Below are positions 37,045 through 47,431 of a stretch of DNA of 64,000 bases, one piece after another (the stretch's first letter is position 1; each line of letters begins with the position of its first letter). Both the position numbers and the translations under genes were made by a program. The stretch spans positions 64,194 to 128,193 of the IMG/VR virus record IMGVR_UViG_3300005748_000015. One strand, 5' to 3'. Origin of the DNA: a virus. Below the pieces are notes generated by a model, which was not told where the DNA came from, did not search any database, and was given only the letters and a program-made list of their open reading frames with translations.

Positions 37045-39195
37045 TTACGCTTCTGCACTAGATTGAATTTGACTTAATTCCAATTGAATTGGGATAAATA
37101 AGATTGCAGTTGCAAGTTTAGCTTCTAACTTAACTTCAGCAATTGGCCCGTTAATCTTAATGTCAAGATTCTTGTATCCAAGAGGTGCATCATCAGATGC
37201 TCCAATAATCTTAAGTTTTCTATATTCTTCCATTTTCTTAGCAATAAATGCTGCAATTGCTGCTGCGTTAATATCTGCAAGAGATTTACCAACAACAAAT
37301 CTTTCTAAAGATTCAGCAAGTTGAATTGCAAGAACATCAGACATATAAACAGCTTGTAATGAATTGTAAACAAAGTTGCCATCAAAACCGTAAGTTGTTT
37401 GATCTACAACCCATTTGTTACCAGCAGTTTCTTTTTGTAAGAACATAATACCAGCATCAATACCATCTTCTACATCACCAATATTACCAGAATCAAATCC
37501 GCTTGGGTCTTTGTAAGAGATAACATTTGCAAACTTGTTAGTCAATGATCTATAGAAACCAGCTGATTGCATACCAACAGCGATTGCAGCTGTATGCCAT
37601 GGAGCAAATTCTTTTACATTTCCTTGAGCATCAACTTGGCTACTTTTTTGCATACAAACAACGGCTCTAAAAGAAGCTATTGATTGAGCGTGAGACTTAG
37701 CATCTGCATAACTAGCATCTTTGCTTAGTACAGCAATTCTATTTCTTTTTATTTTAATAGTTGACATTGCAAGTACGTGAGATTTAATTGCAAAATTAAT
37801 AGCATCAATTGTATATGTTGATGCACTATCAGTTAATCCATCAGCAATATCGTCAGCAGCATCTCTTGAGAAAAGAGGTAGTACAAAGTTTACTTTGATA
37901 CCTTCAAGAGCTGGAATTGCATTAACAATATCAGCAGCACTTGTCGAACCTTTAGCACCATCTTGAAGATATGCAGGGGCAGCCATTTCAGCTGGCAACC
38001 CAGCACTTGCTGCAAATTCAAAATCAACAACGGCAGACTCATTAACTTTTACAGCAAAGTTATATGCAGCTTTTTTAGCTCTACCCGGCTCTGCGCCAAC
38101 ACTAGAAGCCGCATCAAAAGAAGTTTGATCTAATCTTAGTGGAGATAAATTGTTAGATGCTGCAACAGATGTAGCAGAATATCCAGCTTGAGAGCTTACA
38201 AACGCTGCAAGATCAGCCATAGTAGTGTACTCGTCTAAGTTAACAGATAAGTTAGAACCACTTCCTGCTACTACAGTAGTAGTAAGAACTCCACCAGCAA
38301 TTGCAACTGCACAACTATCACCATCGTATCCAATAGTAAAAGCAACTTCAGCTTCAACTGCAAATGCTTCGTTTGTATTTGTATCTTGTCTTTTTACACT
38401 TAACTCAATTTCTGGCTCTTGAGAAGATACAACAATACCTTCAGCGACACCAATAACATTTAAATCACCGGGATTTGAATCAATAAGCTCAAAAGATTTA
38501 CCCCAACCTTTTTCATTAGCATCAGCGTCAACATCAGAAGATATAATTAAAGAATCATTTGAAGTATCAGCAGCACATCCTACACCAGCAGGAAGTAAAC
38601 CATCAACTTCAGCAGCTAATGCTGTAACGTCAGCGTGACCACCAACACCTAAAGTAACGGTATTTTCAATACCACCGTTCACTCTAATTTTAAATTCAAG
38701 ACCGTCAAAGATAGAAGGATCAACAAAATCTAAACCAGCACCTTGAAGTTTTGGCCCTACTTCATCTTCAACCTGAGTTACTTGATAGTAGTATTTGTTA
38801 CCATTTACTCCGTAGTTTTTGTCTTCGATAGTACCGTAGTCTCCAGAAGCTGCTGCAACTACAGAATCAGCTTTTGTACCAGCGTTTGTTTTAACAACAT
38901 AAACTTTTCCACCAGACCCTTGAATATTAGTGTCATTACTTGGAGAAGCTAAAGCTCTCATAGCGTCTACAATCGGCCCACTGATGTACTTTGCAGTAAT
39001 CCTGTCAAGCTGAGTAGATGTGTAAAAATTGTCAATCAATGCTTCCTGAGTGTAATCAGCACCACCGTCAGCTTCGCCTATGATAACAATATCGCCAGTA
39101 TTTGTAATACCTACTGGAGTTGATTTTACTGTTACCTCTGGGTACGCACCAGGTATGTTAGTGTTAACACTTGAGGTTGAAAGTCTAATAGCCAT
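37045..39195 (-). CDS. contractile tail sheath protein
   Basis: N-terminal IPGAY...IIGEADGG; C-terminal sheath domain ending ILFIPI. Confidence 0.9.
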   Translation of the reverse strand: MAIRLSTSSVNTNIPGAYPEVTVKSTPVGITNTGDIVIIGEADGGADYTQEALIDNFYTSTQLDRITAKYISGPIVDAMRALASPSNDTNIQGSGGKVYVVKTNAGTKADSVVAAASGDYGTIEDKNYGVNGNKYYYQVTQVEDEVGPKLQGAGLDFVDPSIFDGLEFKIRVNGGIENTVTLGVGGHADVTALAAEVDGLLPAGVGCAADTSNDSLIISSDVDADANEKGWGKSFELIDSNPGDLNVIGVAEGIVVSSQEPEIELSVKRQDTNTNEAFAVEAEVAFTIGYDGDSCAVAIAGGVLTTTVVAGSGSNLSVNLDEYTTMADLAAFVSSQAGYSATSVAASNNLSPLRLDQTSFDAASSVGAEPGRAKKAAYNFAVKVNESAVVDFEFAASAGLPAEMAAPAYLQDGAKGSTSAADIVNAIPALEGIKVNFVLPLFSRDAADDIADGLTDSASTYTIDAINFAIKSHVLAMSTIKIKRNRIAVLSKDASYADAKSHAQSIASFRAVVCMQKSSQVDAQGNVKEFAPWHTAAIAVGMQSAGFYRSLTNKFANVISYKDPSGFDSGNIGDVEDGIDAGIMFLQKETAGNKWVVDQTTYGFDGNFVYNSLQAVYMSDVLAIQLAESLERFVVGKSLADINAAAIAAFIAKKMEEYRKLKIIGASDDAPLGYKNLDIKINGPIAEVKLEAKLATAILFIPIQLELSQIQSSAEA

Positions 39196-39212
39196 TATTC
39201 CTCTCCTTTAAA

Positions 39213-39494
39213 CTATATTTTATATCCAAAATGTTTAACGCCTTTATCGAATAGGTCTTTTTTGTTACATCCAATTGTTTTTAAATGTACCCAAATAACT
39301 TCTTCTAAAGATTTGTTTAATTTTAATTTTTTGTTCAATTTTAAAAAATACTTTCTAAAATCTTCTCTACTATTGTCTTTTTCTTGAGGTTTTTTAATCC
39401 CTCTTTCTTCAGCTAATGCAAGTCTTTTTTTTCTTGCTTTTGCGATTTTTTCTTCATCAGATAATTTCTTTTTTGTTTTCTTTTCTTCTGCCAT
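39213..39494 (-). CDS. basic hypothetical protein
   Basis: ORF with GGAGG RBS. Confidence 0.7.
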   Translation of the reverse strand: MAEEKKTKKKLSDEEKIAKARKKRLALAEERGIKKPQEKDNSREDFRKYFLKLNKKLKLNKSLEEVIWVHLKTIGCNKKDLFDKGVKHFGYKI

Positions 39495-39507
39495 AAATAC
39501 CTCCCTA

Positions 39508-40605
39508 TTATTCTTGAGGCTCTTGCATCATTCCTGGGCTTGGTTTTTTCATTTTGCCTAAGAATTTTTTAAGTTTTTTACCAGAAGACATTTCACCGCA
39601 TTTGTCCATTTCTTCTTTTTTTATTTCACCGCATTTTTCCAAAGGTCTTTTAACACCTTTCTTTTCTTCTTTTGTTTTGTCAGCATCTTGTTTTTTATCA
39701 AACTCAATACCCTTAGTTTCTTTTACTTTACTATCTTCACTAGCTGCCATTTTAGGCACTGAAGAACTTTGTTTGCTTTTAGATTCATTTTGACTTGTTT
39801 GCCCAAACTGAGGGTGTTCTGTATCTAACTTAGTACCTTTTATTTTTTCTTGGTGTTCTTGAAATTTCTTGTTTTTTTTGTTCCATTTATCCCATAATTT
39901 ATTAGACTGTTTTTTATCTCTAATTTCTTGCATTTCTTGATGAGTTGCCACCCTATTTTTAGCCAATCTTTTATATTCAACCGTAAACATTCCTGATTCA
40001 GATTTTAAAACTTGGTCAGTTTTAGCTTTTTCTAAATCACCTTCAGCTTTTTTAGCATGTCTTAAATTTTTCAAATCTTCAGCGTCAATGTCTCCATCTT
40101 TATCTGTATCCATTTTTTCTTTTTGTTTTTCGGACAACTCATCTTCAGACTTTTTTTGACATGAACCTTTGGTATAAGCTTTTTTGCCCGGAGTTGGCTC
40201 GTATCCTTCCCAGCATCTTTTAGCTAATCTTTTATATTCTATAACGTGACCACAAGCTTCAGATTTTGCAAACTCGTACTCATCTTCTTCATCTTCGTCT
40301 TCTTCAGTTTCTTCTTCTTCAGTATCTGAATCTTCATCACCCTGAAGTGGCTGGTCTTCCATAGAAGCCGATTCAGAACTTTCAGATTTTTCAGAACTAC
40401 CACTATCACATAATGAAGGTGGACACTCAGCATCGTCATTATTTGGCTCTTCACCATTATCAATTTCATGAGCTTTATTCTTTGATTTTTCAAGGATTTG
40501 CTCAAAGTATTCAGATGAAACTTCATGTTTTTTCATAACTTCAGCAGCACGATCAGCAATCATTCTCGCAACTTCTTCAGCTGTATATTTTTTATCATCA
40601 GACAT
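39508..40605 (-). CDS. modular charged protein, putative internal head protein
   Basis: CWEGY module, EF-hand-like DTDKDGDIDAED, many xKSE/xKA sites; AATCTTTA upstream. Confidence 0.6.
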   Translation of the reverse strand: MSDDKKYTAEEVARMIADRAAEVMKKHEVSSEYFEQILEKSKNKAHEIDNGEEPNNDDAECPPSLCDSGSSEKSESSESASMEDQPLQGDEDSDTEEEETEEDEDEEDEYEFAKSEACGHVIEYKRLAKRCWEGYEPTPGKKAYTKGSCQKKSEDELSEKQKEKMDTDKDGDIDAEDLKNLRHAKKAEGDLEKAKTDQVLKSESGMFTVEYKRLAKNRVATHQEMQEIRDKKQSNKLWDKWNKKNKKFQEHQEKIKGTKLDTEHPQFGQTSQNESKSKQSSSVPKMAASEDSKVKETKGIEFDKKQDADKTKEEKKGVKRPLEKCGEIKKEEMDKCGEMSSGKKLKKFLGKMKKPSPGMMQEPQE

Positions 40606-40685
40606 GTAAATCTCCTAATTTATATATTAAAGATTAATTCAATTGTATTATTTTATATATTAAACCCAACAATTACAATAACTTA

Positions 40686-41582
40686 TTAACAATCCCATCT
40701 TTTAAGAGCAGCACCTTTTGGTGTTAATTTGCCCTTTTTGCTTGTAGGACCTTTTACACCACTCATTCTGGCACAAAAAGACTTTCTTCTAGAAGCTTTT
40801 TTCTTTGATTTTTTAGCAGCTTTAGCTGAAACAGGAGCTTTTAAGTTGCTACCTTCTTCTCGGTTTATTTTTTCTCTGCCTTTTTTGCTTAGACCACCTT
40901 TGACTGAGTGTTTATTTTTATTGTAACCGTGAAATGGCTTGCCTTCTTTTTTTTCTATGGTTTTGTTTTCTGATTCAGCCAGGTCCTTGGGTGCTTCGGG
41001 TAATCCAGCAGCCTTAATATTTTCATGCATTTGTTTTAATTTTGCTGCTTTTGCTTTTGCTTTTGCTTCAGCTTGTTTTTGTTTTATTTTTTCTTCATCA
41101 GGTGGGTTTTTAGGAAGCTTATCTGAACTTCTTCTTCTTAATTCTGATCTTTTTTCTTCTATAGCTTCTTTTGATTTAACTTTTCTGTCATTTGGGCTTT
41201 TTCTTTTGAGACTAGTCATAAAACTTCTTTTTCTTCTATCTGGCCCTGAATACCTACCATGATCATCGCTGACAGTTTTTTCTGTTTTTTCCAAATAAAT
41301 ATCTGATATTTTTTTAAAATTATTTATAATTGATTTTACAATTTCTTCAGCCTTGTCCATTGGAGCTGCCTCTTCACATTCACAATCTTTTTTAGATTCA
41401 CCTTTGCAATTACAATCTTCTTTTTTTTCACTCATATGCATGACTTTTGCTGTCCCTGTAGGTATAGACTTGTCAGACATTTCAGCACGATTATTTGGGT
41501 CTAAAACATCATCAATTGCATTTTTTTTGCGAACTTTTTTGACCGCTTTTTTCATTTCTTTCAATAACTTATCTTTATTCAT
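40686..41582 (-). CDS. basic modular protein with RRKSFCARM...WDC module
   Basis: C-terminal module of a kind seen in other large phages; AATCTTTA upstream. Confidence 0.6.
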   Translation of the reverse strand: MNKDKLLKEMKKAVKKVRKKNAIDDVLDPNNRAEMSDKSIPTGTAKVMHMSEKKEDCNCKGESKKDCECEEAAPMDKAEEIVKSIINNFKKISDIYLEKTEKTVSDDHGRYSGPDRRKRSFMTSLKRKSPNDRKVKSKEAIEEKRSELRRRSSDKLPKNPPDEEKIKQKQAEAKAKAKAAKLKQMHENIKAAGLPEAPKDLAESENKTIEKKEGKPFHGYNKNKHSVKGGLSKKGREKINREEGSNLKAPVSAKAAKKSKKKASRRKSFCARMSGVKGPTSKKGKLTPKGAALKRWDC

Positions 41583-41606
41583 ATTTTTCTACCTTTATAT
41601 AAAGAT

Positions 41607-42608
41607 TTAGTCTTCACTATCTTTAGCAAGCCATGTCTCGCACTCTGTATCAATAATTTCAGGTACTTCGCCACCGTCTTTGTCAATAATTATTAATCCG
41701 GCTGTTCCCAATCCATTCTCAGGCTCTGTATTTTTTAAATTAATTGATTCAATAATTCTTTTCGGTGCTTTAACCCATGTGTTTTCAACCTGTCCAGATA
41801 TGGTTATAAATCTACTGTAAACATTTTCTCCTATTGATTCCCAGTTTTGATTTCTTACCATGTCACTAGTCTCAATGTTTGATAATTGAAAGTTTCTACT
41901 TTCTAATGCTCCTTCTCTGTATCTTAAAAGACCGTACATCATTATAGAGTATAGCCATAACAAAGAGTTAGGGTCGCCATGAACGTGACATCCTATTGTA
42001 ATTCTTTCTTGGAATGTTGCAATTTCTCTTCGTGCCCTATATATCATGTATTGAGGTAAGATACCCACTTGAACCGCTGTCAAGACGGTTCCTTCCGCTA
42101 TATATATACCAGCTGCGTCTTTTTTAACTATTACATATCCTACCCCATTGGCTGGATTTACAACAACCATTCCTGGCTGTACGGTTGTTAAATCAACAGA
42201 CTCTGGCACCTCAATAAGTCCCGTAATTTGCTCGTATGAAACTATAGTAAAAGGTTCTACTACGTATTGAATTGTTTTTCCAATGTCAGACGCACTATAA
42301 GTTTCAACAAACGGAGTTGTATCGGCTAATCTAGCCAAACTTTTATCTTCTGAATTTGAACCAATAGAAATTGTAACGCATGGCATTTTTTCTAAATCCA
42401 TTCTGTGGGGTAAAAATACAGATATTTCGTTATCTTGAAACCATTTTTTAGCGTTGTTTATTTCTTTTTGTCCGTAAATACCTGAAAGCATTGGGTCCAA
42501 AACAAAGTCAGACAGAATATCATCCAAAAGCCAATCGTTCTCTCTAATATCATTGAGAGTTAGCTCGATTATTCTTCTAAAAAAAACGTCACCTTGCCAT
42601 ATCGACAT
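41607..42608 (-). CDS. virion neck/tail completion protein
   Basis: Structural-cluster context; PCVTISIG; GGAGG RBS before ATG 42608. Confidence 0.55.
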   Translation of the reverse strand: MSIWQGDVFFRRIIELTLNDIRENDWLLDDILSDFVLDPMLSGIYGQKEINNAKKWFQDNEISVFLPHRMDLEKMPCVTISIGSNSEDKSLARLADTTPFVETYSASDIGKTIQYVVEPFTIVSYEQITGLIEVPESVDLTTVQPGMVVVNPANGVGYVIVKKDAAGIYIAEGTVLTAVQVGILPQYMIYRARREIATFQERITIGCHVHGDPNSLLWLYSIMMYGLLRYREGALESRNFQLSNIETSDMVRNQNWESIGENVYSRFITISGQVENTWVKAPKRIIESINLKNTEPENGLGTAGLIIIDKDGGEVPEIIDTECETWLAKDSED

Positions 42609-42761
42609 TACAAGGGCCTCCAATACAAACTAGCTATAACAAAAAACGGTAAAAACAAGAAAAATTTACCAGATTTTTTTTCTAAAAATAAATTTTTATC
42701 TTTATGAAAAAACATAATATACAAATTAACTATTTGGCAAATAATCATAAATGTAATTAAA

Positions 42762-43547
42762 TCATTGTTTTTCATATTTCTTTTTTAATTCAGGAAATAA
42801 TTCTCTTTCCCATACTTCTTGTATATATTTATAAGTTTCTTTTAATATTTTTTTTCCTGTAAACCCAGGATGTTCCCATTTATTACCTTTGTGTTTTGAC
42901 GATATAGTTCTAAATGTCATTATACTTCGCTCAACTCTACCCGTATTAGGATTTTGTTGTTGATAAACACTTACTCCTTGTAAGTTTCTAGAAAGATTTT
43001 GTACACTTTTCTTTTTTCCATCTCTCATACTTTTGATGTCAAAACTATGTATTCTTCCTATTCGTGGACTACCACTTTCATCTAACGCTAAAGCTCTTGT
43101 TTTACTATACCTCACATTTTGGGATTTTAAAAAATTTTTAAGCTCTTCTACTTCTGATTTTTTTTCAGAACTAGATTCAGGACTAGCTTTGGTAGAATGC
43201 TCAAAAGGTATAACCCTGTATTTATTACCTTCTTTGCTTGTTTTTGCTTTTGGTCCTTCTAATAATTCATCCATAAAGCCTTTTTTCCTACCATGTTCAA
43301 TCCAAAAGGCTTCTTCTCTAATCCCTACTTCTACTATAGTATCACTTAATTGTTCTATATAGATACTATCTCTGTATATTTTATCTAAACTTTTAGGTAA
43401 TTTTTGTTTAGACAATTCTTCTGCTTTTTTAACCGCTGTTTTACCTAATACTTGTACGGTTTTTTTTAAATCTTCTTCTAATTTTTTTTTAATTTTTTCT
43501 TTAACATTATCTAAAATATCAGAAGATTTTATATTTAACTTAAACAT
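42762..43547 (-). CDS. virion morphogenesis/neck protein
   Basis: WIEHG...YRVIPF...TFRTIS...WEHPG. Confidence 0.6.
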   Translation of the reverse strand: MFKLNIKSSDILDNVKEKIKKKLEEDLKKTVQVLGKTAVKKAEELSKQKLPKSLDKIYRDSIYIEQLSDTIVEVGIREEAFWIEHGRKKGFMDELLEGPKAKTSKEGNKYRVIPFEHSTKASPESSSEKKSEVEELKNFLKSQNVRYSKTRALALDESGSPRIGRIHSFDIKSMRDGKKKSVQNLSRNLQGVSVYQQQNPNTGRVERSIMTFRTISSKHKGNKWEHPGFTGKKILKETYKYIQEVWERELFPELKKKYEKQ

Positions 43548-46141
43548 TATACTTTTTCTACCTTAGCTGGTTTTACTTGCTTAGGTTTTTTGCTCTTAAC
43601 AGGACTTGAAGATTCTGCTGGTAAAATATTTCCATCAGGCCCTTTTGCACCACCAGCTGGCATTGATGTCATTATTTTCTTACCAGTTTCAGGGTCTTGC
43701 TGTACTATTTTTAACCCTACTTGTGCTCCTATTTCATGTTGAGGTTTAGACACGTGCGCTGTCGTTCTTTTTGTGCTTGTTGCTTGCCTACCCTTATTAC
43801 CACTTTTTATTGGAACTTCTTTTTTTTTTAAAAACTTAGCAAGCTTTTCAGACTTATAAATATGTTCAGATTGTTTCATTTCATCTTGTTTTATTTTATC
43901 TCTTCTTTCTTTAGCTTTTGCTTCATTTCGCTCTTGATCTACTGCACTATTAGGTCGCCATCCACTTTGTTTTCCATAATTAATTGAGGCATTTTGAGTT
44001 TTTGTATATACCTTTTTTTTAGTCCCTTGCTTTTGTCTTTCTCTTATTCCAAATTCAGGTCTGTCACCATTATTGTTACTTTCGCCAGCTCCCGGTAGTT
44101 TTGGTTTTATTTTTCTTTGTTCTTTTATTCTTGCATAGCCTTTAGCTTGACCTCTTGCTACAGCTCCATCTTTATCCTCGCCTTCTTTTCTTTTAAATTC
44201 CCCTGGCTTTGTATGAACACCTTTTTGTGCAAATTTACCAGTTTTTTTACTAAAACCTTTTTTTCTTTGTTTTCTAGCTTTTACTTTTTGCTCATCAGTT
44301 CTTTTAAAGTGCTCATCAACCCTACTAGCTTTAGAAAGTTCTTCAGACTTATCCATTGCCTTACCTTTTTCTTCATTTTTGCCACGGCAATTGAATTTTT
44401 TTCTAGCAGAACAAAGTGGAGAGTTTTTGTCTTCATTTGATCGGCAATCTTTTCCAGCAGCTCTCATTTTTTTATGAGACTTTGCACAAAAAGACCCATC
44501 ATTATCGCCTTTGTCATCGGTTTTTTTCTTTTTTTTGCCTAGAACTTTAGGTTTTTTTACGGATGAATTTTTCTTTTTAAAAACTTTTTTATTACCACCC
44601 TTTTTGGCAGCTTCTTTCTTTTTTTTTATTGCCTCTCTAATTTCTTGTATATTCTTAGGGTTGTCAGCTTTCATCATTTCAAAAGTCTTTTTCATTTTGT
44701 AAATAAGTTTGGTATACACTTCAGACTTTTGATACTCATCCACTTCCATTTCTTCAGGCATAACTTCTTGATCTTCCATTTCCGGCTCTTCAGCAGTTAA
44801 TTCTTCGGCAGCATCTCCATACCCAAGCTCTTTGGCCATTTCAATCATTGCTTGTAATGTATGAATTAGTGAGCTATATAGTTGAGGATTTTCTTGACCC
44901 ATAGCGTTTAAATATTCTCTGTTTTCTTTAAAAATATTTAAACTTTCATATATTACATTTTTTAAATCATCGTGATCTAAAGGTTGTTCTTCTCCAGACT
45001 CTTCTACAGGAGCTTCATCAGCACCCATTTCTTGTGCAATGGCTTGCTCTAACCCTTCATCATCTTCTAAAACTTCATCTCCGTAATCTCCAGAATCATC
45101 GTACTCTTCTTCCTCACCAGATTCAGCAGCCATAGCTTCTTCATGCTCTACATCGCCATCGCCATCAAGATCATCTTCTTCAGGATCAATTTGTCCGTGC
45201 TCTTCCACCATGTCAGGCTCGCCATCAAGATCAACATCTTCATAACCGTCTTCGTACTCATCTTCCTCTAAAGCTTCGTCTTCCTCTGCAATTTTTGCAG
45301 TTTCTTCTACTAACTCAGGATATTCTTCTTCCTTATCAGCTTCGACCAAATCATCATCTGTTTCATCTTCTCTATTTTCTTGAGCATCATGGACAAATTC
45401 TTCTTCTTCACTCATTTCTTTTTCATGTTCTGGTTGGCCTTCTTCCATTTCTTCAGAGCCATAGTCACCGTCAACTTCATCTGCTGGAACTTCTATCTCT
45501 TCAGTTTCTTCATCTTCAGCTTCATCTTCAGCTTCCATTTCTTCAAGATCAGAATAATAATCATCATCTTCAGCTAAATGATCAGTAGCAATTTCTTCAG
45601 CAACTTCTTCATCATCAGTATGTTCTTTTTCGTGCTCCGTGCCAGCTTCCAATTCATCTTGAGGTAACTCTTCTTCATCAACATCGTCACCAACCCCACC
45701 TTCTAATTGATCATCATCAGAAACTTCTTCTGATAAATTACCCGATATAGCTTGTTTCATTGCCGTTTCTATTTCTGGAGAGTAATCTGTAATCTGATCT
45801 TTGCCGTTAATTTTTGCATATATAAGAGCTTTTGCAGCTTCAGATATATTCTCACCTATACCAATAGATATAGAGAAGCCTGTTTTTTCTTGATATTTTT
45901 GTTTTAAATCTTCTAGCTCGTCAATACTAGCAACTGGAACTTGGAATATAGCTTCATCGCTACCACTACTTATTATTTTTCCACCATTATACTCTGCCCA
46001 TTGAGAAAAAATAGATACACCTGAATTTATATTGTTTGAAATAGAAGATAATTGATCTGTATCATTTGATAATACAGCATTACCTATACTTTCACCAACA
46101 TTGTCTGCATCAATAGCAACGTAAGTCATTTGCTCTTTCAT
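43547..46141 (-). CDS. mCpol-like nucleotide cyclase domain fused to acidic, DUF5661-like and basic modules
   Basis: YVAIDADNVG...SSGSDEA...SIGIG...ALIYAKINGK; GTEHEKEH...IATDHL...DYY module. Confidence 0.7.
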   Translation of the reverse strand: MKEQMTYVAIDADNVGESIGNAVLSNDTDQLSSISNNINSGVSIFSQWAEYNGGKIISSGSDEAIFQVPVASIDELEDLKQKYQEKTGFSISIGIGENISEAAKALIYAKINGKDQITDYSPEIETAMKQAISGNLSEEVSDDDQLEGGVGDDVDEEELPQDELEAGTEHEKEHTDDEEVAEEIATDHLAEDDDYYSDLEEMEAEDEAEDEETEEIEVPADEVDGDYGSEEMEEGQPEHEKEMSEEEEFVHDAQENREDETDDDLVEADKEEEYPELVEETAKIAEEDEALEEDEYEDGYEDVDLDGEPDMVEEHGQIDPEEDDLDGDGDVEHEEAMAAESGEEEEYDDSGDYGDEVLEDDEGLEQAIAQEMGADEAPVEESGEEQPLDHDDLKNVIYESLNIFKENREYLNAMGQENPQLYSSLIHTLQAMIEMAKELGYGDAAEELTAEEPEMEDQEVMPEEMEVDEYQKSEVYTKLIYKMKKTFEMMKADNPKNIQEIREAIKKKKEAAKKGGNKKVFKKKNSSVKKPKVLGKKKKKTDDKGDNDGSFCAKSHKKMRAAGKDCRSNEDKNSPLCSARKKFNCRGKNEEKGKAMDKSEELSKASRVDEHFKRTDEQKVKARKQRKKGFSKKTGKFAQKGVHTKPGEFKRKEGEDKDGAVARGQAKGYARIKEQRKIKPKLPGAGESNNNGDRPEFGIRERQKQGTKKKVYTKTQNASINYGKQSGWRPNSAVDQERNEAKAKERRDKIKQDEMKQSEHIYKSEKLAKFLKKKEVPIKSGNKGRQATSTKRTTAHVSKPQHEIGAQVGLKIVQQDPETGKKIMTSMPAGGAKGPDGNILPAESSSPVKSKKPKQVKPAKVEKV

Positions 46142-47010
46142 AATTGTTCCTTATTTATATTTTTTAAAGTTTTTAGTAGCATTTCAATATTTTCAGCATC
46201 CATACTTTTAGGAAATTTCATTTTTATATTTGATTCAGTTTTTTTAATTTTTATTTCTTTACCCCAATCACTTCCATAGCATATACAAAGGCTCATTTTT
46301 TTACCACCCTCGTATAAACCCTCGCCACAATCTGGGCAGCTTATAGTCTCTCTTTTTTCTATTTGAGCTTCTTCCTGTCTTTGTCTTGTTTTTTGTAGGT
46401 ATTGTTTAAGCTTATCAGCCTTGGTTTCTTTCTGCTCTTCTTTTTCTTCTTTTTGTTCAAGAGCTTGTTTAAGTTTTTCTTTTACCAAGATTTCTACGGC
46501 ATCTCTTTGAGCAATTTTTTGATCTAAAACTCTTGATATTAAAGAGTGAAGTCTAAGTCTTTCGTCAATCATTTCTTGTAATTTTGAAACATTAAACGAC
46601 TCATTTTCTTTTTCTTTTGCTTCTTTTAGGTCTTCAACATCGTACAATTCAAATGTTGTCATAAGTACAATTCCTAAACCTGGAATTGACCTGTTTATAA
46701 ACTCATTAATTTTTTTACCTTTAGAGTAAATGTAACCAGAAAATACATCCTGATCTTTTTTGGTTATTTGCATACTGCAATCAGGAGCAAATGGTAACTC
46801 TAAAACTTTATTGTCTCCAGCATCAAGGTGCGAAAGACTAGAAATAAGAAATGACATTACTGCTCTTGGAACTATTCTTAAACCAGTAGAAACCTCGTTA
46901 ACACTTGTAACGCTTCTATTGTTCATTTTATAAACATCAGTTTTTTGAAGACTTTCAAAAAAATCTTCTCCTAACATTGTTTTTATAAAACTGTCTGGTT
47001 TAACATTCAT
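46138..47010 (-). CDS. hypothetical protein with C-terminal Zn ribbon
   Basis: CPDC...CIC. Confidence 0.7.
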   Translation of the reverse strand: MNVKPDSFIKTMLGEDFFESLQKTDVYKMNNRSVTSVNEVSTGLRIVPRAVMSFLISSLSHLDAGDNKVLELPFAPDCSMQITKKDQDVFSGYIYSKGKKINEFINRSIPGLGIVLMTTFELYDVEDLKEAKEKENESFNVSKLQEMIDERLRLHSLISRVLDQKIAQRDAVEILVKEKLKQALEQKEEKEEQKETKADKLKQYLQKTRQRQEEAQIEKRETISCPDCGEGLYEGGKKMSLCICYGSDWGKEIKIKKTESNIKMKFPKSMDAENIEMLLKTLKNINKEQL

Positions 47011-47014
47011 TCAA

Positions 47015-47419
47015 TTACCTACCAGAAATATTAGCTCTAACTGACGACTCATCTCTTAATACGTAAAGATGCAAGGCAGCAGCCCCTCTAATATACTTAT
47101 AATCAGCAGCAGAATACACTGTATAATCATTTGCTTTACAAGGAAATGTATTTTCTGATGGAGCAGTTCCAACCGTTATAGTTCCGTTATCGCTCATTGT
47201 TACATATGCTAAAGCACCTGTGTTGTAAATGTACAATTGAGAACCTTGGGTAATCTTGGTTGCATTAGTTAAAGGGCCAACATATTCTAATGCAGGCCCA
47301 ACTGTGATATTTTTCTGAGCACCAGCCATACTGTTGTATTGAATGTTTTCTATGATTTTGTCGTCCTCTAAAGGTCTAGAATCAACATTCCTTTTCAACC
47401 ATTTTAATAATTGCAACAT
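47015..47419 (-). CDS. hypothetical virion protein
   Basis: Beta-rich; structural cluster; start uncertain. Confidence 0.6.
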   Translation of the reverse strand: MLQLLKWLKRNVDSRPLEDDKIIENIQYNSMAGAQKNITVGPALEYVGPLTNATKITQGSQLYIYNTGALAYVTMSDNGTITVGTAPSENTFPCKANDYTVYSAADYKYIRGAAALHLYVLRDESSVRANISGR

Positions 47420-47431
47420 ATTTTTCTCCTA

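Noticed and set aside
42608-42715. 35-aa hydrophobic mini-ORF coupled by TAATG to the next gene
   Set aside because: No RBS; its ATG overlaps a possible -10 box, and its GGAGG is explained as the downstream gene's RBS
44700-45760. Tandem DNA repeat in the acidic region
   Set aside because: Periodicity reflects Glu/Asp codons rather than a discrete repeat array
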